Shown here: positions 36,057-50,293 of the stretch, in pieces | Position numbering within the stretch: the stretch's first letter is position 1 | Layout: every line of letters starts with the position of its first letter | NCBI RefSeq assembly: GCF_000143415.4 | Contig: NW_003314397.1 | Location: forward strand, 1 to 64,000 | Direction: 5' to 3' | DNA: 64,000 nt | Origin: Selaginella moellendorffii | Taxonomy: Eukaryota > Plantae > Lycopodiophyta | Notes under the pieces: model-generated | The model's database searches: none | Told to the model about the DNA's origin: nothing | Seen by the model: the letters and a program-made list of their open reading frames with translations, nothing else | Translations under genes and position numbers: made by a program

Positions 36057-37347
36057 ATGATCTTCTCTCCGGCGCGCTACAATTCGTGCTGCCTGGGATC
36101 GATGGAGGACAAGGAATGGAGCTCGCAGAGCAGTGGATTCGATGCGTTCTTCGATGAGGAGCTAATGCAGGGGATGTTCTACGATGTGGCTGGAACAGAG
36201 CAGGCGATCATGGTGGATGCGCTCGCCCACGCCGGGCATGATCAACAAGAGCAGCAGCAAAATCACGAGCCCAGTGTCCTTCCCGCGCTCGCTCAGGAGG
36301 ATTTGAGCTGGGCCGCGCAGTCCAATTGGCGATCCAAGCGGGCCAAGAGCCACGATTCCTCTTCCAGCTCCGACTCGGATCAAACCAACAAGGCGCCCAT
36401 CTCCGGTATGATCTCTTCTCCCTTGGGAATTCTCGACTAGCAGACGATCTTACATTCTATCATTCGCCCTCGCAGAAACGAGCTCTGCTAGAGCGCTCAA
36501 ACCCAAGAAGCCCAGCGATGGATCCACCAGGCGCCATCGCCGGACCAAGTTTCGTGGGGTGCGGCAGCGTCCCTGGGGGAAATGGGCTGCCGAGATTCGC
36601 GATCCAGTGAAGCAGGCCAGAGTGTGGCTGGGGACCTACGACAGCGCCGAGGACGCCGCGCGAGCCTACGACGAGGCCGCCATTCGATTCCGGGGCATTC
36701 GCGCCAAGCTCAACTTCCCGGACGATCCCAGGAACGCCTACGAGATGTTTCCCTACCAGCCCAAGCGATCGGACGCTGCGATCGCGCAGGCATCCAGCGG
36801 CAGCGCTAGCGCTTCCATGCTACCGCCCCAAACACAGCATAAGCAGCTAATGTCACAAACGCCCACACAGGGGATTTGCATCGCGCCCACGGATTCCACC
36901 AAGGTTTCGACCCAGCAGCAGCAATTCCCACTCTCGATCGACGCCGCGCGGTGCATCAACAAGCTCTCGGATCTTCTCTTCAGCGACTTGAGCTCACCAG
37001 TGGCCATGGTGGCCCCAGAAGCGCATCAAATCAATCAGCCACTCCCGGAGAGGAGGAGCTTCCCATCTCCCCCGCCGCTGGTGGTCAATCGCGCGTCAAT
37101 GCCATCGTCCTCGTCGTCTTGGGTCGATCAACTGCTGGAATCTCCGCAAGTGGCGTCGTCGTCGTCCTTGTCGATCATGGAGGCATCAGTTGTATCATCA
37201 TCCACAGCACTGGAGCAACTCATCTCGCAGCCAATGTGGAGCCCCACTGCGATGGTGGCGCCCATCTTCACGCCGCAAATCGCCGAGGCCTCCTCCAATT
37301 CCCCCACGGCCACGCTCTGGCCTTCTTTCACCTTTTCTTCCTGTTGA
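36057..37347 (+). CDS. AP2/ERF transcription factor, group X-like (exons 36057-36405, 36476-37347; alternative ATG 36102)
   Basis: [19 protein letters not shown]...[27 protein letters not shown]. The upstream [11 protein letters not shown] resembles the group-X MVSAL motif. In-frame phase-1 intron. Confidence 0.88.
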
Positions 37348-37410
37348 CAATCAAAACCACGAGACCATTGAGTCCATTGTTCCCAGGAGTGATCTTGGGC
37401 TATAGTCACT

Positions 37411-40400
37411 TTAAACCATGGTTTCTTGCTCCATCTCGACAGCCTGCTCGGCACACTTTGCTATGGAGCACGCCAGCTTTTCCGGCGATGGTACGTGAGA
37501 GGCCGCGGTAGCCGCGGCAGTAGGCCATTTCTTGAGCCTCGTCTGGAAGAACAAACCCTCGAGAGTGAGCGAAAGAGCTGGCAGAACTTTGGTTTACCTT
37601 GGCTTGCTCCTCGCAGTACTTGACAACGTCGGCTATGCTCGCTGCTCGGCCGTGAACCAGCGCAAAAGCCCATAGCAGCAGCTTCCTTGGAGTGCTGAGG
37701 TCGAGGGGGTCAAACCCCGGGATCGCTTGGATGCCTGCCGCTGGCTCGGTGGACGCTGCTCCCAGGGGTGATGCCATGAAGAGGTTTATACCGCTCGGGA
37801 ATGGCCCCGACGTGACTTCCCGGTAGAACACGAAGGTGGCACGGAGGTAGCTGTGAGCTTTCTCGGCGTTGTCCGGAGAGACTTGGACGATCGGCACGGC
37901 TTTGATGCGGGAGATGTAGGCTGCGGAGGCCGGAGGAGCAGCGCTTTCTTCCGCTCTGGCTGCTGCTGGAGATGGAGAGACTTGGGAGATCTTGCTCGTG
38001 GTGTCGGCGTCGTAGGGGCTGAAGAGGAGGACGTCGTATTGCAAGTCGACGATGAGCTGCGGGGTGTGGTCCGGCAACCTCTCGAGCGGGGTGACGGACG
38101 CGAGGGCCGAGCAGAGAGCCCGGCACCAGGCGACGGTGGCGTGCCGGCAAATCTGTGAGAAGTGAGGATTGCTTAGCTTTTGATGCTTGAAACGCTTCCG
38201 TATCCTCTCGTTCACGAGCTCCAGTGCGTCCACGCGACAGTCGTTCTCCAGGTAATGGAGGTAGCGATGGATGTAGCTGAAGGAAAAGAGCTGAGATCTT
38301 TGGAAAAAAAAAAAAACAATGGATCTTTCTTACCAGTAGACAGCCACTTCTTGTCCCTCTGACTCGGACGTCTCCGCCCACCATATCCCGTGATCCATGA
38401 AGAGATTAAACATTCTTTCGAGAAGGCCTTGCAAGGAACTGAAGGACGAAGACGAGGAGCTTTCGGCCTGAGTGATGGTTGCGCCCAAAGCATGCACGTA
38501 GGATGAAAGCGCTGCGCTTGCTATATCTTCGAGGCAAATGGAGAACTGAAAGAACCGAGACCAAAACATCCGAAGATCACGTAAAAACCGATGTTTTCCC
38601 TATTCTCTTACCCTCTTGTCTATGCGGAGTGTGGAATATGCACGCTCCAAGGTGACATAATCTCCAGCCTTCTCGCAGAGAACGAAGTAGAGTAACAGGT
38701 ACTTGCGAACGCATGTGATAAACTTTCGGGAGCTTTCTGGGAGCCCGAGCTCCAAAGTCTTCTTGGCATAAGTGTGGCCGGTTGCCTTGCGCCTGCAAAA
38801 ACAACGACCTGTGAAATGGTTGTTTTCCTTGCAACAAAACTTACTTGTTCTTCTTGATAACGCCGTCGAGTTCCCACATATTTATCGTGAAGAGCGATCG
38901 ACTCGATCGGAAACAAAAGGCGAGCTCTTCCTTGGCTCTCTCCCAGTCCTGTTCTTCCGCTCGGCAGTAGAGTCCTTGGGCAATGCAGAAACGAGCCTTG
39001 TGAAAGTGCTTTAATTCTCCATCAGTGCACGCCTGCATAGCGGAAATACAGTCCTTGAAAAGAGCTCTCCATGCCGTCGCTATGTCACTCTGATAAGCTT
39101 CCTCGTTGCCAACTTGCTCGTCTGGTTGCTTGAGCTTACTGTTGACGAGCTCTTCTGTAGAACTTGAATAACAAAACTTGGCCACAGTCTGGGGAAGGAA
39201 ATCATAAAAACTTCTATAGTCTCGCTACATGGAAAACAAAGTTACCTCGATGATTTGCATGTCGTGATAACGCCCTTTGCAAAGCAGCTTCAGCCGTGAG
39301 CGATGCAGACGGTATAAAGAGTCAACAGCTGAAGGATTCAGCTCAATGGCCCTCTTGTACAAGCTAAAGGATTCTTCGCTGGGCTTTTCGAGTTTCTCAG
39401 AGAGCTTGCCAAGATAAAGCAAATGCGTCCAATCCGGTCTGCATACCACAAGTTGAAAAACGAGATTTAGAGAGATATAAAGAAGGAAATACCTCAGTGA
39501 ATATGCTATCTCGCAGTGCTTGATCGCATTTAGGCACCTCGAAGTCCAAAGAGCGTCTTTCTTTTGAACGTGAGAGCGTTGATCATACGAAGGAACTGTA
39601 TTCTGAAGAGTCTCATAATAGACCAACGCCAGAAGCTCGTGAATCTGGAACTACGTCATCAAGCATCACAGCAAATTTGGACTTGAAAAAAGTACTCACC
39701 TCGTGCTTTGCTTGAGGAGCTAGTGCCAAACTCATCAAAAGGCAGCGTCGACTTCGTCTCCGGCTAGTTTCCACTCTGGACGTTAGCCTCGCGTTCTTTC
39801 GCCACTCGAGAACATTTACATTCTTGCTACCGTCGTTAAGCAGGAGATCAACTTCCTACAACCAAAAAGATCACACAGAGATCAGATCGTCAGTCTTAAA
39901 CAAAGAAGAATACCTCGTCGTAAATGCCTGCGAGTTTGTGCCAGCTCTCGAACCGCAGCATGTTGTAAAGAAGATCGTATTTGAAGAGGCTCGAGACATG
40001 CTCAAAAAACTCCTCCCCTTCCTTCGTGAACACGAAACCAGGCGATCTATCGGTGGGCGACGTCTCCTCCACCTGACTTAGCAGGAAATAGAGATTCTGG
40101 TACACCTCCGCGTAAGACTGGGTGTTTGCTTCAGCCTCTTCACTCTTTGGTTCCTCTGTAGGAGTGGAATAGATTACCACGGCAGTAGCGGGATTCTCCT
40201 CTTGCTTGGGAAAAGCAAAGCTGACAAGCTCGTCGACGTTGGTTCTGTTGATCACCATCTCCGAGAACTTGTCCTCGTCAAAAGACAAGTCGTCCATAAA
40301 GGCGTCCACGGCATTTCCCACCAGGATGTTTGAAGGTGGCTGAGGAAACTGCTTACGAACGGCTTGCAAAACCTTTCGCAGCTTTCCCAGGCCGGTTTTC

Positions 40401-43400
40401 TGCAGGTGGAATCGAATCCATCAGTCGAGCACAAGAGTAGAAACAGCCAAAGACTTACCGAGCACGCTTTAGCGTAGGGAAGAACATACTGAAGCACGGC
40501 GGCACATTGCTCTTTCGACTGAAAGTCGCCACCACTCGGTGTCTTGTGGAAGGCCAGATCGCTGGAAGCTCCTGACTCGAGGTCCGACTTGAGGTTGAGA
40601 CCATACAAGCAGAAGAAGCACTGATCCAGCGCCTTGTCCAGGCCGCCAGCCTTCCTTCTTTCGAGGTCCTCGCTCTCGCAAATCTTCTTCTCGGATAAAT
40701 CAGTGAGTGACTCGGACCTTCTCACGGAGCCGCTCGTCGCTGTGCTTTCTTGTGTACGTGCGTTCTCGCTCTCAGCATCCCGCTGCTTCAGCATCACCTC
40801 CAGCGACAAGAGATGCTTGATAGCCATCTTTAGAAACGAGCCTTCTCCTTCGTCACACGAAGCTCCGGCCGCGCAAACTCCCCGATCAGCCAGTATGTCA
40901 TGCACTGTTACAAGAAGAGCCACCTAGAGGAAGGATCGTGAGTGATATGAATGTAAGAAAAAATGTGTGTACCTGTTGCTCCACGGGCAATGCTGGATGA
41001 AGCTGCTGAACCCTGCAAAACGCAATGGCCGCGTCCACGAAGAAGCTCGTCTCCAGGTTCTCGCTGAGACTCGAGTTGGAGTGCTTCCTGCAGGAGAATC
41101 CCGATCCAAAATGGATCAGAACCGCCAGGAGAGCATTCTGGAGACGTCCCAGTGGTAAGTCGACATGTCTAGAGGAGTCCGTCTTCTTGAGAGCAGCGGC
41201 ACACCGTGAAAGCAGCCTGACTTCCTCGGCGATTTTCTTGCTCCAAGTTCTAAGCTCCTTGGCCCTGTCGTCGTCCATCTCACCGCTTGCAGCGCTCCCT
41301 GGCGAGAGCGACAGATCGTCGTCGGGTTTGACGAAAACTCCAGCACAGTGGCAGAAGATCTCCAGCCTTTTGAGGTGGCACTTCAGCTGGATCACAAAGT
41401 TGGCGGGCTTCACTCGTTGACACGCAGATATAAGCATGCCGAGCGCCTTGAACTCCTGCGATTGCATAGCATCGGTGCACTTGCCGCTGAACGTTTTGGA
41501 TGCTCTGTCTGAGAAGAGTGCCGGCTCAAGAACCTTAATGAGCTCCAAATACTTCTCTTCCTTGTCCAGCTTGGCCACCGTGTTTTTCAGCAAATCTCCA
41601 ACTTCAAACTCGTATAGTTTCTGCTCGGCCATTTCCAACGATATCCTTTTGTCCATCTTGCAGTGAGGCAAAACTATCGCCGTGTAGCGCTCGCGTTGTG
41701 CTTGGAGCAAGCAAAGGCACTTTCGAAACTCGCTGAATCCTTTCTTTGGATTACCAGCGAGCATGCAGTAACGCCCGTAGACCCAATGAAACCGAGCCCA
41801 GAAAATCCACCCGGCATCCCTTTCGATGCTGCTGCTTCGTAGAGCATTATTTTCCTGATCCCAATCAACTTCCAGAGCCGACCACTCGATAACCCGGCAT
41901 ATGTTGTAGTTGCAGTGGTCGAGGAGCTTGCCTGGCTCGGCAGAAGAAGACGCAGCATCCAAGTATAACTCGGCCAGGAAGAGATTGCACCTAGAACTCC
42001 TGCCGTTCCCCCAGTGCCTGGTATACTTTTCCAGCTCGAGAAGAAGCTCGCTTTGCTCCTTCCAGTCTATACCACTGCTAGAAACGCGCTCGAGAATAGC
42101 GTGTCCAACGTGATATAGTCCACTGTTGTTCGCATAGTCTTGCATGAACTGCGTCACCTCTCTAGCTTCCACAGTGACGCAAGAGGCCGAGCCCTCGGGT
42201 GAAGACGACGAAGCAGAAGCCGCGTATGCCAAGGAGCCGTCTACTCGCTCGCAGTGCGTGATAACTGAAGCCTCAGGATCGACTTCGACCTCTAAACGCG
42301 AGCTGTCGATGATGAAAGGCTCGAGAAGTTGTGTCAAGCTCTTGGGACAATCGGCCACCGCCTCCTCACCTTTGATCCGGCTCCGTAGCCGAGTGCTTCG
42401 ACGTTCGTGTGCATGGCTGTCTTCGACTTCTGAGAGCTTGCTCGGGCTTATCTTCTCGGCAAGAGAGACCGTGTCGCAGCCACCATTGTTGAGAAGAAGA
42501 TCATCTGTCAGCTTGGCAGAAGTCTGGCCGCTGCTACCACCATCGGGACCTTGCACCGAGAAGAAAACGCGAGAATTGGCAAGATAGCAGCCGTTCTTCT
42601 CTTTGAGCTCTTCGCTCTTCAAAACCTTCCCATGCTGCCTATTTTGCAGTGACTCCAGAGTAGCCTTGACAAGGAGAAGCCAAGACGGCTCCTGTAGCGT
42701 TAACTGGACCGAGTACTGCTTCCTTTTTTTCCTCTTGGATGTGTCCGGGACAACGTCGAGCTTCCTCTTCCGTTGAAACGAAAGGTTGGTATGCGTCGGT
42801 TCCAAACCGTCCATCCCCGCAATGCCAGTGCCATGGTGCTTGCCTTCAATAACGCTCTTGATATGAAGCGCGCGAGGATGCGAAGGATGGAACTTAAGCA
42901 GACGTTTCACAACTGAGATGCAGCCTGTCTCGTCTCCAATGGCGATCAAAACTTCGACAAGTTTCTCCATGCAACTCCCTGGTCGGAATAGAACTGCTGG
43001 TAAGATCTTCCACACGAAAGATATGAATATATTCTTACAGTGTCGTGGACTGCAATGGAGACCCTGCTCAAACGCTTTGCGTGCGATATTGAGCTTTCCA
43101 AGCGAGCAGGCGAGTGTTCCCAGACGATTCCAAAGGACGACATCCTTATCGTCGATCGCCACAGCTTGCAAGTAATAGTGAAGACCTTCAGCGGAAAACT
43201 CTGGTCCTTGCTTCACGTAAGTCTCGGCTAAGTTTCTGTAAGTTAAGAACCTGCACGAGAAAAGATGATCAAGGTCCAAGCTTTTTCTTTTTTCACTCAC
43301 CTCAAGTGGAGCATTGCATCGGATTTTCCTCGCTAGATGGAGAAACACAGCGAAGAAACAATCAGAAGGACTCAGAGAATAAATTTGGAAAGAAAAGCTT

Positions 43401-43747
43401 AAAGTGTTTGAAGTTACCTGTGATTTGATGGACAAAGGATCTTGGATGATCGCCTGGAAGAGACTCCGAGCATTTGCCAGGTCCCCGCTTTGCAGACTTG
43501 ACAACGCATCTTGGTAGAGCTTCGTGAGATGAGACTCCTATGTCACAAAAACTAAGTTTAAAACAACTAGCTACATTCTTTCTAACCTGAGATTCTAACC
43601 TGCGCTTCTTTTGTGGGGGCCAAAGGCTCCAATCGGCTTTTGGAATTCTCACTCTCGTTGATAGCTGAGATCGCGTACTGGCAAGGCGACCGCGTTACAC
43701 ATAAAATCAAGAAGAAGCACAAGATGGAGGCTTGCTCGACTTACCAT
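37411..43747 (-). CDS. CABIN1: Calcineurin-binding protein 1 / HIRA-complex subunit (multi-exon)
   Basis: M|YAISAINE...LAPTKEAQ|E N-terminus, TPRs ([20 protein letters not shown]) and later conserved blocks (DLLYN..RFESW, FTINMWE). The last-exon model ends at TAA 37411. Confidence 0.9.
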
Positions 43748-45069
43748 CACGGAGTCCTAGAAACCCTAACAAAATGAAGAGAGAATGAAGAAGAGGAAAG
43801 GCTCTTTTGTTCGCAGTCGCAGAGGGCCAAGGATGGATCAAAGGAGAGGATGCAAAGAAAAAGAATGCTATACTTTGTTTCAGGAGATGTGCCGGAAGTG
43901 AATAACTACAACATATGCCGAGAATGGGCAACCAAAAATATCGAGTTCCTGGAAAAATATTCTAGATAAGCTCCTGCAAGAACTGGGCAATCTTCTATCG
44001 AGCTTACAAACCACCATGTTTGATTGCTTACAACATTCTGAGAATAGAGCATGTTTCAAGCGTTCAAAAGAAATAAATGGGACATTTTCGCGACCGAACA
44101 TACATGCCAAGACACCCAAATGTTCTCTCCTTGCAAGTATATTCACGATGGATCTAGGGCTAAGGAGATCGTCAACCACACCCCATCACTTCTCTTGTAA
44201 AGTGATAGCCCTCGAGAAGACTGGAGATCTTTTCATGGAATGCAAAGCGCATAGACGCCGACATGCCTGATCGGTGGTCATTATTGAAACCCAAATAGTT
44301 GGCCGTGAATGATCCTGATGCTCTTTAGAGGATTAGATCTTACTATGGCCAAAGTGGCAATTGCATCACTGGTGAAAGGTATTTTCCTGGCCAGAGATAG
44401 CAATGTGCAGCCAAAACCATGGTCATCATATCCATGGCAGCTAGCCCACAGCTATTCCCAGCCATGAGCTCTCGGGCAAAATGGGCATGGATAGGAGAGC
44501 ACATTTGTTTTTTTAAAGGCTTTGTTTTGATGGTTTTGCACAGTATCACATTCCTACTTGCAGCCAAGAATTTGGCTGGGCATTCTAGAAGATCTTGGTT
44601 TTTGTTTATTCTTCATTTTCTTTGCTTATAAGCTTTGTGTACCTTACTTTGATGATTTGGAAGATATGGAGGTGTCACAAGTGATGTGCTATAACTTTGA
44701 CAATCCTAAACAGACTCCAAAGCCATGCAGCAAATTTTCTCACGATGGAAGGCATTGCAACCAACTTAACTCCTTAAAACTCTATAGAAATGAAAGCAAA
44801 AATTTTCATGCTGTTATCAATGGCAGTGCTTTAAGTGTGGAAAAACTAATCACCTAGCAAAAGTGTGCGTTGATAAACTAAAGTGAGGATGAGGAGGAGT
44901 TAGGCAAGAAGAAGGCATCAGACTTCAAGATACTTACAAGCCTTCCTTTGCATTGCTCTTCTGAACAATATGATTTTTCTCGCCTGTGTGCATATGGGAG
45001 TTCTAACAAGGGCAAATCTTGAGTTTGCCTTGTGGTGATATTGGTCATTCTAGCTTGCTGAGAATTATA

Positions 45070-45235
45070 AACTCTTTAATCTTTAGTTGTTTACAAGGTA
45101 CCACATTTCCTTATAAGTTCACGCTTTTTTAACACCCTTTTTATATTATGCTTTCCCCAAACCCAAAAAATACTTAACTTTAAATATCCTAATAATCAGT
45201 TAGAAATATTTTTCTTCTTTATATTTAAACCCTAA
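45070..45235 (-). mobile_element. Degenerate Cassandra-like fragment
   Basis: GTTGTTTACA...CACATTTCC...AAGTTCACGC and CAAACCCAAA...TTAACTTTAAATATCC match 9592-9632 and 9768-9798. Confidence 0.45.
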
Positions 45236-46157
45236 CTCTCTCTTCCTTGTTTACTTTCTTTTTTACTCCAATTTTGATGTTAGACTTATATATGAGAATG
45301 AGTCTAACACCCAAGACGAGTAGCCACAATCAGTGAACCACATTGGGCAAGTTTTGTGGAGTCATTAAAGCAGCCTATCTTGTCTCAGCTATTTTATTAT
45401 ATAATAATATTTATAGTATCAACTAATGATAGTTTTGAAGTTTAGTTTTTGTCTTTTAACTTTTATAAGATATATAAACTATGTATAGAAAATGATACAG
45501 TATATATAAAAATACTTAATTTGCAACTCAAGTTGGTCTGAGGCTCCTAGGGTAATCAAACACTTTGGACCACCAAGACTCATGATAGCTCTACCAATGA
45601 CACTAATAATAACATTGTGAGATCTTTCACAGTAGCTCTAAAACCAGGAACAAGAGTTCCATCATTAGATCCTGAGCCAAGACCATTAGCACTGCTTTCA
45701 CTTCTACCAATACAACATTGTGAGAACTTGAGGCAGCTCTAGGAACAAGAAATTCCACTTGCAACACTAATGTTATAGGATTTTCATTAATATTTACATT
45801 AGCTGCCAATTTCTGGTGTGAATAAATTATTAAATTAAACTATTAACTCTATAAAATCTAATATAATAGTATGGTCACATTACCATTAAATTAGCTTAAC
45901 ACAATACATGTCCCTCGAATGCACCTAAATGCACCTGAAGAGCAACCCATAGTATTGAAAATGACAAGGTGACACAATGTTATGCATAGGCATCTTGTTG
46001 AACAATTCCATTGTTTGTTCCATTCTGGGTATTTGCAACAAGAATTATATTCGATGAGACTAGTCCTTCCAGTCATCATTCGAACAACTTCTTTGTGCAC
46101 CATGTTTAGGAAACCACGAGAATGGGCCTCTAAATCTGCTTGTCATTCATGGTAGCG

Positions 46158-47798
46158 CTACCAGCCTTTTCCGATAAGCCACAACCAATCCAGTGTCACT
46201 CCTACAGTGACACCCGCAAGTATGAAGACCACCAAGATGTTGCCCAATGCATTTTGCTCCGGCTTCTGTACATAATATCAGAGGTCATAGAGAAAAATCG
46301 CACGAGCAAACACACACACACCTTGTAACCATTTGGCGCGGCGACGAGAACAGACGTGGTCAAATGCCCGTTGCTCAAGCCCAAAAGGATGCACAACATG
46401 ATCATCCAGCCTTGATCGCCAAACTTGGCTGTCAAATAGAACGCAGGGAGGAATAAGTATCTGGCAATCACTGCTACCAACATTTGGGTTCTCGACTTGA
46501 GCTTGAGAGCTGGTACGAGGGGCAAATATCGTCCAGTAAGATCTCCAAAGTTGTACATGGCGATAAGAACCACAACATACCTAGGAAAAAAGAAAACTAT
46601 ATGAAAACCGCCAAGAAGGAACTGCTTACCAGGATCCTAAGCTGTGCTTCCCAGTATCCTCGGCCAGAAATCCTGGAAAGATTGACAGCGTGAGCACAAA
46701 AATTGCAGCAGCATCAAATGCATAGTCCAAGTTCTGCGTAAGCAGCTGAAAATTGGACAGCCTAGTAGTTGGACATTCTTCTGCATCCTGCATGCAGCAC
46801 CAGCCACCAATTGTAAGTTGTAAGTTGGATAATTACCTTTTAATCCGACTACCTTGTCTACGTGAATGCCTGCGGCTGCGAGATCAGCACCAACTGTGGT
46901 TGCACCCTCCAATGCAGCGGCTTTTCTATAGTTCTTGATGGTTTCCAGCTTTGGAAAAACTACGGCATACAGTAGTAGGCACAAGAGCTGGAAAGACGTA
47001 GAAAGGAAGAAGAAAACAACTGTAGAAACGATCACACTAGTTGATTTGCAGGACAAGCGTTTGCAAACTTACGTGCTCCTTTACGAAGCCCGCCCTTGGT
47101 GCTGGCAAAGCATGCCTTCGTTACAAGCCTCAAACCAGAAGTGGCAGCACCAGAAGCACCAGCTCCAGCAGAAAATGACTGCATGAGATGCCGATTAGCA
47201 TGAACAATATAAAGTCTCAGTACCTGAAGAAGATGAGGGTGCATGTAAGAAAGATCTCCAACAAGTCCACCTTGCACGAGGCCATCGCATAGACCGAATA
47301 ACATGCATAAGGCACACAGACCTGTATAAGGTGCGAGCCCTCCTCCGCCATGACTAGCCAAATCTATCTGCAAACTTCATTGTGAATTAGTCGATCAGCA
47401 GAAAGAATCTACTCACAATGGGAACCATCAAGGAAGAGACAAAATACAGTGAGAAGCCCAGGAGAACTCGGAAGCGGGTATCCACCCTGGCTTCGTGGTA
47501 CGCTAGAACCGCTACAGTGAAGAAAGCAGAGGCTTGGTATATCAGTGTCAGGACTCGAGAAGGATGGTATGCCTGAAAAAAAACTTGCCAATTGGTATGC
47601 TGAAGAATGTTTTTCAGACTCACCGGAAACACAACCAAATAGTAGTCCATGACAGTAACTATGCTGTTCCAGGGGAACAAGAGGCCAAGCCCAAAAAGCA
47701 TACAGATTACATAGCTCACAGTAGACTGTTTTCCCTGAAAAATCACGAGTTTGTCCATGTGAACTGATCCCCATTACCTGTTTCAGATGATCTTCCAT
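46158..47798 (-). CDS. Equilibrative nucleoside transporter (ENT3-like), multi-exon
   Basis: GLGLLFPWNS, YHPSRVLTL, GLCDGLVQGG, LSIFPGFLAED, GLSNGHLT and the end LDWLWLIGKGW*. The 5' start is tentative. Confidence 0.88.
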
Positions 47799-49902
47799 GC
47801 CGCTGCTTCTGGCTCTGCTGAAATATCAAAATACGGATCGAAACAAGCGAGCCTTGTCATTTTGTTTGACTAGACTGTGACACGTTTCTGTCCATAAATC
47901 AGATGATTTATGGGTTTCCGTCCGTCGCTGTCACTGCTGGTAGCTTCAGCACGTCTGTTTTCTAACTACAATTCTGTGTGGGGTTTTCAAAACCGCGAAA
48001 TCAACAAACCCAAGGCATAAGTCGGCTAGCCGCAGTCAAGACGACGTCTTGGGGTTAACCTTGTAGCATCTTCAATCAACAGATGGGAAAATCCGGTTGG
48101 TATTGCCATCCGTAAGGAGCACAACTACACGGCAATCATAATTAGCTTATGAAGCAAAATTTTTTACAAGGAGATTTCTGTTCAGCTTACCTGAGAAATT
48201 GGTGCGATGACCAATCTCCGTTGAGAAATGCGTCCTGCTGATCCTGTTTCTGGATTTTGCAGATAGGAAATCGAAACAGAATGGAGCAAGGGAAGACACT
48301 ATAACTGCTGCTGATCATGGCTCAAAGAATCTTGGAGCTCAAAGCAGTGACCTCGGAGATTGGAGGATGATTCGGTGTAAGCATTGTATCACCGGATTCA
48401 TGCTGTTATAAATGTCGAGATTGAAACTGAATGAGCAGCTTGCGAAGGAAAAAACCTTATTTTTAGTATGCATTATCGTAACTTAATATCTTATTCACTA
48501 GAATGTAATCCGTGGCTAGAAAGCTAGTTGCCAGGGTACTTCAGCCACGTAAGATGGAACCGCAAGCAGAGGAAACCCCCAATTCCTTGCTGCACACACT
48601 ATTTAAGATGAAATGGATGAAAATTTAACGAAACCAACGAACACAGGTACGCAAACAGCATGTATACACTTACATTCATGGTAGAGACTTGAGGAGATCA
48701 AGGTCGGCCTAGGGATCACTCTCCACGAGTGATGAGCTTATCGACTCAGTTTTGCTCCTCATTGTTTCTCCACATGTTCGTCAATGCTCTCGTCCTCGCA
48801 AAGTGTCATGTAGCACGTTACTTGGCACCATCCAAAGAAAACATCATCACCAGCAATCCAAATCTTTGGTAGGTACTCGAACCCTTGTTATCCAGAGCTA
48901 TTATATTCTTGGTTATGGACTTTCAATCACTCATGGGATCATTTAAGTCAGTGGTTTTCTAAAAAGCAAGGGGTGTGTAAGCGTAGTAGAAAATTAGGAC
49001 CAGTGAGACGAAGCGGTGGCTGTGTAATGGCTTTGATTGCAGTTGGTCTCTGAAAGAAAATTCTTGAAGTCAGAATCCAAGCTCAATTCATCTAACAATG
49101 CCACTACCAAGAAGATTATTTCAAATGTCAGTCCCTCCCAAGCATGGAGGAACACACTACTTGTGTACTTCTTTACCTCAAGAATTTTATAGCTTCTAAC
49201 TTGGTGCATGGCGTGTGCTCGAAACTGCTCTTGACCACAAATGAGCTCAACCATATAAATCTCTGTATCATGAATCATCGAGCTTCTCTCTCCACCGAAA
49301 CTGATCCGGTAGAGCAAGTCCATCAGCATATAACTGGCGGCGGCTACTCCTCACATGTCCCTCTCTCTTCCTCAAAATCACACTTCCTCACCACGATCTC
49401 TTGTGCTGCTCCCTCCTGCGCCAGCAGCTGCTCAATGTACGCCACCTCAAACCTGAAGAGATTCACGCAGCAATTCGGTTCCCAAACCTTAATCTCAATC
49501 TCGCGATGTTACTCCTTTGCACCCTCGATCCGCTTTCACAAGGTCTCGGTGCGTTTTCTCATCCCTGTCGTCTAAGTGATGCCACCATAGGGGCCATCTA
49601 AACTATGGATGGGATAGGGATCATAATAGTCATCGATCACCTCTGGTCTCTACCTCTGGCCTTGCAGGCTTGATCCCACAAGCGACACTACCTTGCAAAA
49701 CAGAAAGGACGACCTTGTTGTTACATGTTGCATCAGCTTCACAGAAGTCAAAGAAGGAAGCACTTGCTACAAGCAACACTACAAATATTTTCATCACTAC
49801 CATTCTTCAATGCTTTAGATGTTGCGCATGGTTCTTATATAGTGGAGATACGTTTCATGAACATTGTGAATGGCAGCAACCAACAAACAACAAATTCTAG
49901 TG

Positions 49903-50033
49903 TTGACTGGCAAGCAGACCATGCTTTGACTACTAGTCAAGCACGGCATGCTTGCCACTCAATATTAAAGCATATTCTTGGACTACTAGTCAAGCACGGC
50001 GTGTTTACAAATATTAACTGTATGAGTTTGACC
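49903..50033. promoter_or_regulatory. W-box (TTGACY) cluster
   Basis: TTGACT 49903 and 49926; AGTCAA 49935 and 49988; TTGACC 50028; ~260 bp upstream of the LRR-RLP. Confidence 0.4.
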
Positions 50034-50293
50034 GGCAGACAATTGGTCACATCACCTAGAACAAATATGTGACTTTTGTTGGACCAGCAGCGAAAAAAAT
50101 TGGACTCTTTGATGTCGCATTCAAGATATAAAGTCTGGTGATCTTCAAATTTCTAGTATCCTGACAAGAAAAATATGTTTTCTCACTAGGGCATTGTATT
50201 TCTCTTCGCACTTGGCATGAATCTGTCTGCTGAGATATGATTAGATGATTTTGAAATGAAACTCTTAAGGTGTTCTTTCTTTTGTATAAGATC

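Noticed and set aside
48000-49700. Short ORFs upstream of the ENT gene; similar ones at 44550-44860 and 52350-53040
   Set aside because: No recognisable motifs or consistent splice model; possibly decayed genes or TEs.
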